The position numbers and the translations under genes were made by a program. DNA of 64,000 nt. It comes from Takakia lepidozioides (Eukaryota > Plantae > Bryophyta). The DNA is taken from contig CM060733.1 of assembly GCA_030704615.1 (NCBI GenBank), forward strand, positions 72,416,001 through 72,480,000, given 5' to 3'. Shown here piece by piece: positions 46,243 to 58,731 of this stretch. Every line of letters begins with the position of its first letter. Within the stretch, counting starts at the first letter, position 1. Below the pieces are notes generated by a model that was not told the DNA's origin, did no database searches, and saw only the letters and a list, made by a program, of their open reading frames with translations.

Positions 46243-49200
46243 ATGGAGGAACTAACAGACTATACGCTCGCAATATTACTTACGCAGTGGCATAGGGACG
46301 GAAGAACAGAGCGGATCTTTTCTCTTAATCGATGCTTGCAAGCCCCGCAGGCTTACAAGAAATTACCCATAGCATTTTGTGGCAACCATACGTTTATGCT
46401 TTGTGCCCTGCAGGCATTTCTGCAATTGTTACAGCCAAAACCTTTCTGTGGGTCTAGAATGAAGAGAGTGAGAGGAATGGAAGAAATCAGGGTGAAGAGC
46501 ACCACAATCCTGCAGAAACAAACGATTGCTACTCCACAGGCGGTAAAGTTACTGAAGGAGCTGCGATTGGAAGGATTGCAAAGCAAAGATTGGACATTGC
46601 ACCATAGACAGTACATGTTACAATTCTTGCAGAACTTTGAGCCTAGGACAGGAGCAACAACGGTGAAGGGAGTTGAATTAGAAATTACTCCCCTATACCT
46701 ACAACAATTGTTTGAATTGCCATCAGGTCAGGTGCATGTGGAGGAGCACAGGGCAAGACTGCAAATAGGGGACTTATTCCAAGAAGGGAGTTTCTTTAAA
46801 ACTCAGGGTTATTGTCGCGCGGCTTTTACTCACCCATCCCTTCGCTATCCGAGGCGGAAACTCCAAGATAGAAGAGTTGGAAATCTCTAAGTACTCAGCC
46901 CGCGCAGAACAATCAGTCATGACCTACAGCTAGTGTATCATGGGGGTGTTTCCTATTTGTTTCCTTTTCCGCATTCATCTTAGCTACCTTACCATTGATA
47001 ATTAAGTATCAGTTTGCTTCATCAATTTATCGGTTTCCTTAACTCCTCCATTCAATCCACAGCTTCACTCAGATCTCTCTACACAGTGTGATTGTATCGT
47101 ATAAGTATCAGATTATGATTTATCAGGTATCAGGCCGAAGCCATTATGTCTCTATTCTTCTTTCCTATATCACTATAGCTTTGCATATAACAAGCATCTA
47201 CTAATCCTCTTTTCTCCTTCATCGTGCTCTCCGATCTCCGCTCCCGCCTGACTCCGAAGTCCTCCCCGAATAATGATCCCCTTCTTCATTCCCCGTTTTT
47301 CCCTTTATCCTCCTATCCGCGGTTCTAACCGTTTCCCTCTCTAACCGTCGTATGTGAACTAACATGTTCCCTTCACAGGTGTTGTTCCCCACAGTCGTTC
47401 CCTGTCCTACTCTTTGTTCCCTATTATCGTGACAGCTGTGTCAAGCGGTGACTGGCTGTGTTTGGCTGTGTCGGGCTGTGACTGGCTGTGTGGCTGTGCC
47501 GGGCTGTGACTGGCTGTGTGGGCTGTGTCTGCTGTGACGACTGTGACGGGCTGTGTGGGCTGTGTGGGCTGTGACGACTGTGACGGGCTGTGTGGGCTGC
47601 GTGGGCTGTGACGACTGTGACGGGCTGTGTGGGCTGTGACGGCTGTGTGGGCTATGTAACCCCCCTCTACAGTGCGCTGCTGTCACCCCTAAGGTTCCTG
47701 TTTGTCTCAGTCTGTGCAAAAATTAAGGGTACCCTACAGATCCCGTATAAGTGTCTAAGTCCCCTACAGTCCTCTAACAGTTATGCTTGTACCAAGGCCA
47801 TCTACCCAGGGCTAAGGGAGGTAGGCCATGTATTGAACGTTCTGTTTGCCATGAAACAGAACCAACAGTATTTGAGCAGATCCTTCACAGAGGAAATACT
47901 CAAAGCCCTGAGAGGAGAAGAGGTAGCATGGGCGGACATAATGTACAATGCACTGGTAGAGGAGATGAAAAGATTACAGGGCACTGCCGCAAAGTCTCCT
48001 ATCATAGTGTCTGGCCCAATCATTGCTCAAATAATTCTTGATTCTTGCATACTTGATGCTCGGGAAAGAAAGGAGATGGGAGTATTTGAGACTGAAACCA
48101 CTGCAATGGAAGAGCAAGGCTCTTCACACAGTGAGGGTGGACTGGCAAGGCAACCCCAGTCTAAGAGACAGAGGCGGGGAAAGACTGTAGTGGCGGATCC
48201 ACTGGCTTCACGGAAACCGCATGATAATGTTTCCCAAGCTCTTGTGCAGGAAGGGGCACAGCAACACAGAGAGCTGCTATTATTGGAAGCAGGGCCTTCA
48301 GAGAGGGAAGAGGAAGTTACTTCAGTATCACAGCCATCACAGCCAGATGATCGGCTTGTCACAGAGTTACCACAAGTTGTCTATGCAGTTCCACCAGAAA
48401 TAATTGATTTGGAGAAAGAAGGGTTAGATATCCCCACTACAGAACAGGTGGTGGCAGAAATTGAGAAGGGGGACCTTCTCTATGAAAATTTTGGTCTGGT
48501 CAGGGAAACAGTGATTCCGGAGGTGCAGCGGTTGTCCGGGGGAAACCCTGCGGTGCATATAATACACACACCTGTGACGGAGGTACCACAGGTAGAATGT
48601 CAAGACACTGCAGCACATGTGACGGATGAAGTGGTTCAGGAAGAAAATCTGGTGGGGCAATGGCCTGAATGGTTCGTGAGGCATCACACTGTTGAGGATC
48701 AGGGAGAACAGCAGCAAGCTCACCATGATGACCCTCAACAGGCCATGCTTATGAGTTCCATAAGCAGGACACTTAATTTGTTGGGCACTTATGTGAAATC
48801 CCATGTTCCAACTACCCAATTGGCAGCTTTGAGGGAGGAACTCAGGAAGGAGTTTGAGGCTCGACTTGCCACTGAGTGTGCAAACAAGGTCGATGAGGAG
48901 GTCACTCTCAAGATACAGCAAGACTTAGAGAGTACAAAAGCTGCTTTGCAATTGGCCAAGGAACAATTGATTGAGGCAGGCCTCGCGCAGGACCAGTTGC
49001 ACAAAGCACATAATCAACAGCTATACCAAATGCAGGTGAAGCATGAAAGCAAGTTGCAAGAAGTGAATGCACTACATACGGAGTTGCAGACAGTGCATGA
49101 CAGGATGGCCATACAATGTGCTACACTCACAAGTACGCTTGACCAAGCTACAATAGAAATAAACAGTCAAGCGGAAAGATGCACGAAGGCAGAGGCAGAG

Positions 49201-49487
49201 AATGTTGAGCAAGTGAAACTCATTGTCGATATGAAGAATACAATCTGTCGCAATGAGAATACTTTCAAGCAATACAGGCAGGTTGAAGCTGACCAAGAGA
49301 GGTACATCCTTGAGTTGCAACAAACGCTCATCGTAAATAGAAATGAACTCTCTGTGGCTAACAAGGCTTGGAAGGAAGCCAATAATCTGGCTGCTGCCTA
49401 TGCGAGTTTGGTTGAACCTCATGCGAAACGCATGGATGCTTTATGGCAGTAGATAAATGTGTATAGGCTCACAGAGGAGCAGACTCT
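46243..49487 (+). pseudogene. Extra 3' ORF of gypsy B, split by solo LTR D; continues at 62776
   Basis: Colinear with copy C 54346-52110. Confidence 0.85.
46813..47779 (-). mobile_element. Solo LTR D (967 bp) with 5-bp TSD GTTAT
   Basis: TG..CA ends; GTTAT at 46808-46812 and 47780-47784; removal restores ACTCAGGGTTATGCTTGT as in copy C. Confidence 0.95.
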
Positions 49488-50572
49488 TGTCGCGCGGCTT
49501 TTACTCACCCATCCCTTCGCTATCCGAGGCGGAAACTCCAAGATAGAAGAGTTGGAAATCTCTAAGTACTCAGCCCGCGCAGAACAATCAGTCATGACCT
49601 ACAGCTAGTGTATCATGGGGGTGTTTCCTCTTTGTTTCCTTTTTGGCATTCATGTTAGCTACCTTACCATTGATAATTAAGTACCAGTTTGCTTCATCAA
49701 TTTATCGGATTCCATCAACCCATCCATTCATTCCACAGCTTCACTCAGGTCTCTCTACACAGTGTGGTTGTATCGTATAAGTATCAGATTATGATTTATC
49801 AGGTATCAGGCCGAAGCCATTGTGTCTCTAATCTGCTCTACAATATCACTACAGTTTTGCATATAACAAGCATCTACTAATCATCTCTCCTCCTTCACCG
49901 TGCTCTCCATCTTTGCTTCTGTTCTTACTCTCCACCCGATCCTCTCTCTCTCCTGACGTGCTTCCAAGAATCATCCCCCAAAAAGCCCCCTACTCAATCC
50001 TTGCTTCTCCCTTTATCTTCCTACCCGTGGCTCTAACCGTTTCCCTCACTAACCGTCGTCCGTGAACTAACATGTTCCATTTGCAGGTGTTGTTCCCCAC
50101 AGTCGTTCCCTGTCCTGCTCTCCGTTCCCTATGATCGTGACAGCTGTGTCAAGCTGTGACTGGCTGTGTGAAACTGTGACGGGCTGTGATTGGCTGTGCG
50201 ACTGTGTTTGGCTGTGTCGGGCTGTGACTGGCTGTGTGGCTGTGTCGGTTGTGACGGGCTGTGACTAGCTGTGTGGCTGTGTCGGCTGTGACGGGCTGTG
50301 TTGGCTGTGATGGCTGTGTCGGCTGTGACGAGCTGTACTGACTGTGTCTGGCTGTGTCGGCTGTGACTACTGTGACGGCTGTGATGGGCTGTGTTGGCTG
50401 TGTCGGCTGTGACGACTGTGACGGGTTATGTTGGCTGTGACGGGCTGTGTAACCCCCCTCTACAGTGCGCTGCTGTCACCCCTAAGGCTCCTGTTGGTCT
50501 CAGTCTGTGCAAAAATTAAGGGTACCCTACAGATCCCGTATAAGTGTCTAAGTCCCAGACAGTCCTCTAACA
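49488..50572 (-). repeat. 3' LTR of copy C
   Basis: TGTTAGAGG...GCGCGACA on the minus strand. Confidence 0.95.
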
Positions 50573-50589
50573 TTACCCCTTCCCCTCTC
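50573..50589 (-). other. Polypurine tract
   Basis: GAGAGGGGAAGGGGTAA immediately before the 3' LTR. Confidence 0.9.
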
Positions 50590-50610
50590 AAAAAGCCGTG
50601 TCCTCACGGT

Positions 50611-53600
50611 TTACTGATTGCGATTAGCAAACCTTTGTGAGTGAGCACCTTTCTGACGTTGAGAGTTTCGTGGCGGACTGTGTGTACGAGCCCGAGGTCT
50701 GTCTCTGGTTGACGGAGATGTTTGAACACTACCTGGATAATTGAGTCCCTCTGGAGCCTGATATCGAGGTAACCTTTCAGGCATAGGAGACCCCCGTCGC
50801 TTCTTCTCTGCCATCTGAATTGCATAGTCTTCTCCCATGTCAAAAGAATTCGGTGAAGAAACAGTTGTATCAGAATCCTCATCGCCTCTCAGGTGTTTTA
50901 ATTTTCGAACTTTTTGTGGAATCCTCTGGGGCATACAATGTTGTCCTACCATGTCTGGAAGTTTATATTTTACAACTTGGTGTACCCGCTGAACAACAAA
51001 ATTGGTGTAGACACTGAGCTCCTTGTCTGTCCAGGTGAGTGGGGTACCAATTACTTGTGCAGCGTGCAAGTATTTCCATGCCACATGTCCCTTATAGAAA
51101 ATATCATCAATGCCCAATTTCTGTGTTGACAAATTGTTCCAGGCCGCTTGAAACCATGAACGAATTTGAGAATCCTTTTGCATCATAACTTTTGCCTCAT
51201 ATAGATACATATGAGGTGGCACTGAAGGTAAGATCCAATGATCCCCACTGGAATAACTCAGAAAGCGCGCTTGCATCTTTTGTTGCTCAATGTGATAACG
51301 TACCAGAAAACAAGCAGCGTAGTATAACCCGCATCCCATGACAATACTTGCTACCTCCTTGGTCTTGGTATAAATGAATCCATGTACAACCTGGAAAGCA
51401 ATTAATTCCCTCAACATGGTACCTGCCTCATGCCAGTACTGTGCAAAGTGATGATCCTCAATTGGTCGATTGTTCGGAAGAACTTTAGTCCTAGTTGCCA
51501 CTGGCAGCCAAATGCGCATGATTTGGTAGTAATGTGCGAATGACTGCGGAGGACTAAATTCTTTCCAAGCCAAATCCAACATGATGGGAATTTGGTTGAA
51601 GGGCATAATCATAGCCCTACTGTACTCCCTTGCAGCTGGAGTTTTAGGTGGGTTAAAAACAGCATTGCCCCATACCTCAGGCTGTGGTGTCTGCGGTGTG
51701 GTTGTAGTAACAACAGGTTCAGCTACTGGTACAGTGACTTGTTGTGGTGTTGGTGGTACTGGCTCTTGTATCATTGGCATGTCTTGCACCTCCTGTGAAG
51801 ACTGAAAAGCCAAAGTTCTGGCTTGTAAATAAGAAGCCATTAGCTGTTCCTGAGGGATATAGACTTTTTTGTCTATGTTTGAAGTGAGGTCCTCCACTTG
51901 AGACTGCAGTCCGTCTACATCCTCCTGTAACTCTGCTATCCTACTATAGACATTGTCTATAGTAGTTGTGGCAATGTTCTGCACTTGCAGTCTGAGCTCA
52001 TTCATCTCGCTTTGGGTGAGCTTTCGTGGTGCTTTGCCCTCCACTGGCCCTTGTGCTAACCAGACCTGCATAAGGCTGTTATCCACCAAGTTGCTTGTGG
52101 TTCCTCTGAGAGAGTGCTCCTCTCTTAGTTTGTACACTTCTAACTGCTGTTGTAAGGCCTCCATGCGCTTCGCATGAGGTTCAACTAAATTCGCATAGGC
52201 AGCAAGTAGATTATTAGCTTCCTTCCAAGCCTTGTTAGTGACCGTGATTTCATTTCTATTGGCCATGAGCGTTTGTTGCAACTCCACGATGTGCTTCTCT
52301 TGATCAGCTTCAACCTGCTTGTATCGCTTGAAAGTATCCTCATTGCGACAGATTGTATTCTTCATATCGACAATGAGTTTCATTTGCTCAACATTCTCTT
52401 CTTCTGCCTTCGTACATTTTTCCGCTTGACTGTTTATTTCTTTTGTAGATTGGTCAAGCATAGTTGTGAATGTAGCACATTGTATGGCCATCCTGTCATG
52501 CACTGTCTGCAACTCCGTATGTAGTGTATTCACTTCTTGCAACTTGCTTTCATGCTGCACCTGCATTTGGTATAGCTGTTGCTTATGTGCTTCGTGCAAC
52601 TGGTCTTGCGCGAGGCCTGCCTCAATCAATTGTTCCTTGGCCAATTGCAAAGCCGCTTCTGTATTTTCCAAGTCCTGCTGCATTTTTAGAGTGACCTCTT
52701 CATCGACCTTGTTTGCACACTCAGTGGCTAGTCGAGCCTCAAACTCCTTCCCGAGTTCTTCTCTCAAGGCTGTCAATTGGGTAGTTGGAACATGGGATTT
52801 GACATAAGTCCCCAACAAATTAAGTGTCATGCCTATGGAACTCATCAGCATTGCCTGTTGAGGGTCATCATGGTGAGGTTGCTGCTGTTCCTCCTGATCC
52901 TCAACAGTGTGATGTCTCACAAACCACTCAGGCCATTGTCCCACCGGTGCTACAGTGTCATGACCTTCTGCCTGTGGTACCTCCGACACAGGTGTGTGTA
53001 TTATATGCACCTCAGGATTTCCCTTGGGCAACTGTTGCACCTCTGGAATCTCTGTCTCCTTGACCAGACCAGAATATTCATAGAGAAGGTCCCCCTTCTC
53101 AATTTCTGCCACTATCTGTTCTGTAGTTGGAATATCTAACCCTTCTCTTTCCAAATCAATTATTTCTGGTTGAGCCTACATGGACAACTTGTAACCTTGT
53201 GACAAGCCGATCAGCTGGCTGTGATGGTTGTGATACTGAAGTAACTTCCTCCTCCCTCTTTGAAGGTCCTGCTTCCAGTAATAGCAGTTCTCTGTGCTGC
53301 TGTGCCCCTTCCTGCACATGAGCTTGGGAAACATTATCATGCGGAATCCGTGAAGCCAGTGGATCCGCCAGTATAGTCTTTCCCCGTCTCTGCCTCTTAG
53401 TCTCGGGTTGCCCTGCTAGTCCACCCTTACTGTGTGAAGAGCCTTGCTCTTCCATTGCAGTGGTTTCTGGCTCAAACACTCTCATCTCCTTTCTTTCTTG
53501 CGCATCAAGTATGCCAGAATCAAGAATTATTTGAGCAATGATTGGGCCAGACACTATGATAGGAGACTTTGCGGTAGTACCTTGTAATCTTTTCATCTCC

Positions 53601-54346
53601 TCTACCAGTGCGTTGTACATTATGTCCGCCCATTCTACCTCTTGTCCTTTCAGGGCTTTGAGTATTTCCTCCGTGAAGGATCTGCTCAAATACTGTTGGT
53701 TCTGTTTCATGGCAATCAGAACGTTCAATACCTGGCCTATCTCCTTTAGCTCTGGGTACACAGCCTTTGTACAAGCATAACCCTGAGTTTTAAAGAAACT
53801 CCCTTCTTGGAATAAGTCCCCTATTTGCAGTCTTGCCCTGTGTTCCTCCACATGCACCTGACCTGCTGGCAATCGAAACAATTGCTGGAGGTATAGGGTA
53901 GTAATTACTAATTCAACTCCCTTCACCGTTGTTGTTCCTGTCCTTGGCTCAAAGTTCTGCAAAAATTGTAACATGTACTGTCTATGGTGTAATGTCCAAT
54001 CTATGCTTTGCAATCCTTGCAATCTCAGCTCCTTCAGTATCTGTATCGCCTGTGGGGTAGCAATCGTTTGTTTCTGCAGAATTGTGGTGCTCTTCACCCT
54101 GATTTCCTCCATTCCTCTCACTCTCTTCATTCTAGACTCACAGAAATGTTTTGGCTATAACAACTGAAGAAATGCCTGTAGTGCACAAAGCATAAACGTA
54201 TGGTTGCCACAAAAAGCTATGGGTAATTTCTTGTAAGCTTGTGGGGCTTGCAAGCATCGCTCAAGAGAAAAGATCCGCTCTGTTGTTTCGTCCCTATGCC
54301 ACTGCGTAAGTAGTATTGCAAGCGTATAGTCTGTTAGTTCCTCCAT
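50611..54346 (-). pseudogene. Extra 3' ORF of copy C (~1245 aa consensus; one stop, one frameshift), long coiled coil
   Basis: ORFs 54155-54346, 53156-54130 and 50611-53154 join into one frame using copy B; Q/E/L/K heptad-rich segment. Confidence 0.8.
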
Positions 54347-54838
54347 AGTTTTCAAGCTATAGCATTGATGGTCTGTCCTGTCGAGACGCCCGTTACTCAG
54401 AACGACGCCGCCTCTTGCGCTTAATTTCCCTCCAATTTCTTGATCCTTTCTCTGGCTTTCTATTGGCTGTAACCACTGTGACTTGATTTTAGATTTCATT
54501 TTCTTTAGTGGACTTTCCCTGCTGGATAGTCCACTAGGATCACACATGTGGCAAGAATTTCGCTTTTCTGTACTTGCCGTTTGTTCCGTTCCCTTTTTTC
54601 CGTATTCATTAATGGGCCCGCCTTTCATCCATTTTGACGGCCGTTCTTGTCCTCTTTCTTTATGACACCTGTTCTTGCACTTCCTTCTCGGCTGTGTGTC
54701 GCGCCCTGACTTCCACGTGTCTATTTTTAAACTGGTTTCCGTCTTTTCTTCCGTCAGCCATTTTCCTGAAGTTATTGTGCGCCCACCTGTCACTGATTCT
54801 ATGGATCGTGTAATCCTAGTAGGCTGTGTTGAGCTGTG

Positions 54839-57800
54839 TCAGGCTGTGTCATACTGTGGTACGCTGTGATAGGCTGTGATGCACTGTGGTAAGCTGTGAT
54901 AGGCTGTGACACGCTGTGGTAGGTTGTGATAGGCTGTGTTGCGCCGTGCTGGGCTGTGATAGGCTGTGTTTCGCCTTGATGGGCTGTGATAGGCTGTGTC
55001 ACGTCGTGATGGGCTGTGATAGGCTGTGTCACGCTTGTTTTGCCCGCCCTGGTCATATATGCTCGGCCTAGCGACAAGTGCTCCATACTCCGTTCGTAAC
55101 ACTGGTGCAGCCCGCGACTGCTCTTGCGTTTCAACATGCAAGTCATGCTGCAAGGGTTTGTCATGGATACCACTGTATCCCTTTAACTTATTGGCATTGA
55201 CTCTTCCCAGCATTTCTTTGTTAATGGTTTGTAACATGGCGGTGTTGTTATCATACATCTTTTGTATGACATAAGGTCCTTTCCATGGTGATTTAAGCTT
55301 AGAAGCTTTAATCTTTCCTTTCTTCTGCAACCATAGAACCAAATCCCCCGTCTTAAAAGTCTTTAACTTGCCTTCATCAAACTGTTCCTTTCTCTTCATC
55401 TGAATTCTGGTCATATTATCAGCTGCATCAGCACGTACTTCTTCCACATGATATAATTCATGTTTCCTGACCTTAATGGAATCTTGCAATTCCATTCTCT
55501 TTCCCCACTCCGTTCTCATGGTAGGTAACAGGAATTCCACTGGAAGTAAGGCTTCCATACCATAAACTAATTGGAATGGTGTATACTTAGTGGTGACTTT
55601 ATATGAAGTCCTGTATGACCACAAAGCTGTCAGCAGCTTTGTATCCCAATCCGTTCTGTTTGCATTGACTATCTTAGCCAAGATAGTACATAGTATTTTG
55701 TTGGTAGCCTCTGCCTGCCCATTACCCTGTGGGTAATATGTTGTACTTTTTCTATGCACAATCATGAACTCTTTAGTCAACAACTCAATGGTCTCATTCA
55801 TGAAGTGACTTCCCTGATCACTGATAAATTCTAAGGGACAGCCAAATCGTGTAAGTATGTTCTCGTACAGGAACCTTGCTGTGGACTTGGCTGTGTTGTC
55901 CCTCAAAGCTTTAGCTTCCACCCACTTCGTAGTATAATCAGTGGCTGTAATTATGTACCTGTTCCGTGTATTCTTGGCTGGTGGGTTGATTGGTCCAACA
56001 AAGTCTAGTCCCCATTTCTGAAATGGTTCCGTAGGCATTGTAGGATGCAAGGCCATCCTTCCAGATCTCTGCAAAGGTCCTAGCCTCTGACATTCATCAC
56101 AACTCTGACAATACTCGTGTACATCTTTGAACAAAGTAGGCCACCAGTAACCTGCGAGTAGTATCTTCCTACTGGTAGTCTCTTCTCCAAAATGACCTCC
56201 AGCCACTCCTTTATGAACTTCCTCCAAAACTTTATTTACTTCATGGTGGTACAAGCATCGTTTTAGTACTCCATCAGGTCCTAGCTTATACATTCTGCTT
56301 CCTACCATAGTATAAGGTAAAGCTTTGATAGCGATTCTCTTCCTCTGCTCCTTACCATAACTAGGTGGGCACTGACCATGAGCAAGGTAGTATCTGATTG
56401 GCCACTGCCAATCTAACCAGTCATCTGCACTTCCCAGCACCTCCACTTCAAATAGACTCGCATCTGGTAATTGATCATCTATTCCTGTGGCTGGTTCTCC
56501 TGTTGATAACCGTGACAAGTGATCCGCCACAAGATGCAGTCTCCCAGGCTTGTAAACAACCTCGAACTCAAACTCGTGCAAGATTATCAACCATCTTGCT
56601 ATTCTTCCGCTTATCAGAGGTTTATTTACCAGGTATATCAGAGCCTGGTGATCCACATAGAACATAAACTTCTTGCCCAACAGGTAATGCCTGAATTTCT
56701 TCACTGCATAGATCATTGCCAATGCTTCTCTTTCCGTTGTGCTATAGTTCCTTTCAGCACTGTTCATCAACCGGCTAGCATAGTACACAGGTGAATCTAT
56801 ATTTCCTGTAACATTCTGGGCTAACACCGCTCCCAACGCTTCTCCTGATGCATCGCAGTGAACATGAAATACTACATGCCAGTGAGGGTTAATCAGCACA
56901 GGTGTAGTTGTTACTGACAGTGTAAGTTCCTCAAACGCCTGTTGACATTCAGCTGTCCAGGCAAACACTGCATCTTTCTTCAGTAGCTTGCTCAATGGTG
57001 CTGCTATTTGTGCATACCTTTTGACAAATCTTCTGTAATAACTGGTTTGCCCAAGGAATCTCCTTAGACTCTTAACATTCACTGGTGGTGGAGAGGCTTT
57101 AATGGCCTCTGTCTTCCTGGGATCCACAAGAAGTCCCCTCTTACACACAATGTGTCCCAGAAGCACCCCTGAGTTCACACAGAAAGTACACTTCTCTGGA
57201 TTCAGGCCCAGACCTCTCATCCTGCATCTGGCCAGACATAACTCCAATTTATGCAAGTGCTCATTCTTAGAGCTGTACACACTGAAATCATCCAAGAACA
57301 CCTGCATGAAATCATCCAGATACTCATGAAAAGATTCACTTATTACTCTCTGAAAGGTTGCTGGTGCATTACAAAGTCCAAAGGGCATGACTTTGTATGC
57401 ATAAGCACCCCAGTCTGTGATGAAAGCTGTTTTTCCTTGGTCTTCTTCTGCCACTTGCACTTGATTATAACCACTGAACCCATCCATGAATGAGTACATC
57501 TCATGGCCTGCCACAGTGTCCAATACTGCTTCTGTGAATGGCAAAGGAAAATGATCTTTCTTCGTACAAGCATTTAGCTTCTTGTAGTTCACACATACTC
57601 TTAGTTTACCATTCTTCTTGGGAACTATAACAATGGGTGACAACCAAGTTGTATACTCTATTGGGTATATAAACTTAGCCTCAGCCAACTTCTTTATCTC
57701 TTCTCCAACCTTCTGTGCGTAGTTGGGATTCATTCTGTACCTCGCCTGCTTGATTGGTACTGACCCTGGTTCCAGTTCAATCTTATGCTGACAGACTTCA

Positions 57801-58723
57801 GGTGGTATTCCTTTTAGATCCTCATAGCTCCAAGCAAATACATCTCTGTATTTGATGAACAAGCTTTTAGCTTCTTCAAAGAATTCCGGCTCCAAATCAG
57901 CTCCTACTTTCACCATCCTCGGTTCCTCTTTAGTTCCCACATTCACTTCCCTCACCTGCTCATCAGCTGTGATTGTCCAACCAGTCACCACTTCATCCTG
58001 TAAGCTCACAGTGGCTGGTTCCTCTAGGATTTCCATTTCTCCTTCTCTTTCCTCATAGAAATGTGATGGGTAACTGCTGGTTTCCTCTTCAGTTGGTGTT
58101 GCTGTCACTACACCACAGCAGATACCTCTTAAACAACTTAGGCTTTCCAGCCGCATCTCTGCAACCTGCTCCCACTCTGGGTGTGCAGCAAATAGGGTAG
58201 CTTCCTGCTCCTCATCCAGTCCTCCTTTCCAGTCATACTCTCTGACTCCTCGAGGTCTTCTTGTAGCAGGTAATCTACTAGATTTCTTTGTGGTAATTTG
58301 TATCTCGTGTATCCCATTATGCACGGTTAGTAACTGAGAATTCCAGTCATGGAATACCCTGGCCTGTTTCAGCCACGGACGTCCCAATAATAAGGAGTAA
58401 GCCTCCATGACTTCATCCATCTTCAACACAGTTACTGTGATCATAAAGATCATCTTCTGTATCTGTATCTTAACTCCTCTTATCAATCCCAATGGCTGTA
58501 CACTTCTTTGATCTGCCATTGTTACTGTAAATGGGGCTGGTTTCATGTTACTTAGACCAAGCTTCTTCCTTAATTGGTCTGTCATGATATTTACTCTAGA
58601 GCCTCCATCTATCAGTACATCAGTTAGTTCTGTGCTTCCAATTCTCAATTGGATTACTGGCATAGAATCATCAAAGTCCATGACTGTTTCTCGCCCTTCC
58701 GGCTTCACATTATAACTGGTCAC
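54839..58723 (-). CDS. pol: Pol (protease, RT, RNase H, integrase), open 1294 aa
   Basis: LIDGGS; FLDDF; HCDASG..YSTTEREAL..YVDHQAL..VADHLSR; HKGVAGGH..CDEC; WGLDFVG..SDQG..AEATNK; WKGPY. Confidence 0.97.
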   Translation of the reverse strand: MTSYNVKPEGRETVMDFDDSMPVIQLRIGSTELTDVLIDGGSRVNIMTDQLRKKLGLSNMKPAPFTVTMADQRSVQPLGLIRGVKIQIQKMIFMITVTVLKMDEVMEAYSLLLGRPWLKQARVFHDWNSQLLTVHNGIHEIQITTKKSSRLPATRRPRGVREYDWKGGLDEEQEATLFAAHPEWEQVAEMRLESLSCLRGICCGVVTATPTEEETSSYPSHFYEEREGEMEILEEPATVSLQDEVVTGWTITADEQVREVNVGTKEEPRMVKVGADLEPEFFEEAKSLFIKYRDVFAWSYEDLKGIPPEVCQHKIELEPGSVPIKQARYRMNPNYAQKVGEEIKKLAEAKFIYPIEYTTWLSPIVIVPKKNGKLRVCVNYKKLNACTKKDHFPLPFTEAVLDTVAGHEMYSFMDGFSGYNQVQVAEEDQGKTAFITDWGAYAYKVMPFGLCNAPATFQRVISESFHEYLDDFMQVFLDDFSVYSSKNEHLHKLELCLARCRMRGLGLNPEKCTFCVNSGVLLGHIVCKRGLLVDPRKTEAIKASPPPVNVKSLRRFLGQTSYYRRFVKRYAQIAAPLSKLLKKDAVFAWTAECQQAFEELTLSVTTTPVLINPHWHVVFHVHCDASGEALGAVLAQNVTGNIDSPVYYASRLMNSAERNYSTTEREALAMIYAVKKFRHYLLGKKFMFYVDHQALIYLVNKPLISGRIARWLIILHEFEFEVVYKPGRLHLVADHLSRLSTGEPATGIDDQLPDASLFEVEVLGSADDWLDWQWPIRYYLAHGQCPPSYGKEQRKRIAIKALPYTMVGSRMYKLGPDGVLKRCLYHHEVNKVLEEVHKGVAGGHFGEETTSRKILLAGYWWPTLFKDVHEYCQSCDECQRLGPLQRSGRMALHPTMPTEPFQKWGLDFVGPINPPAKNTRNRYIITATDYTTKWVEAKALRDNTAKSTARFLYENILTRFGCPLEFISDQGSHFMNETIELLTKEFMIVHRKSTTYYPQGNGQAEATNKILCTILAKIVNANRTDWDTKLLTALWSYRTSYKVTTKYTPFQLVYGMEALLPVEFLLPTMRTEWGKRMELQDSIKVRKHELYHVEEVRADAADNMTRIQMKRKEQFDEGKLKTFKTGDLVLWLQKKGKIKASKLKSPWKGPYVIQKMYDNNTAMLQTINKEMLGRVNANKLKGYSGIHDKPLQHDLHVETQEQSRAAPVLRTEYGALVARPSIYDQGGQNKRDTAYHSPSRRDTAYHSPSRRNTAYHSPARRNTAYHNLPQRVTAYHSLPQCITAYHSVPQYDTA

Positions 58724-58731
58724 CTTGCTGT

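Noticed and set aside
47590-47779. N-terminus of the 620-aa ORF
   Set aside because: Read-through from antisense solo LTR D; the real frame resumes after the TSD
54347-54793. Separate gene between pol and the 3' ORF
   Set aside because: The equivalent region in copy B has several stops and the peptide has no recognisable features; treated as spacer
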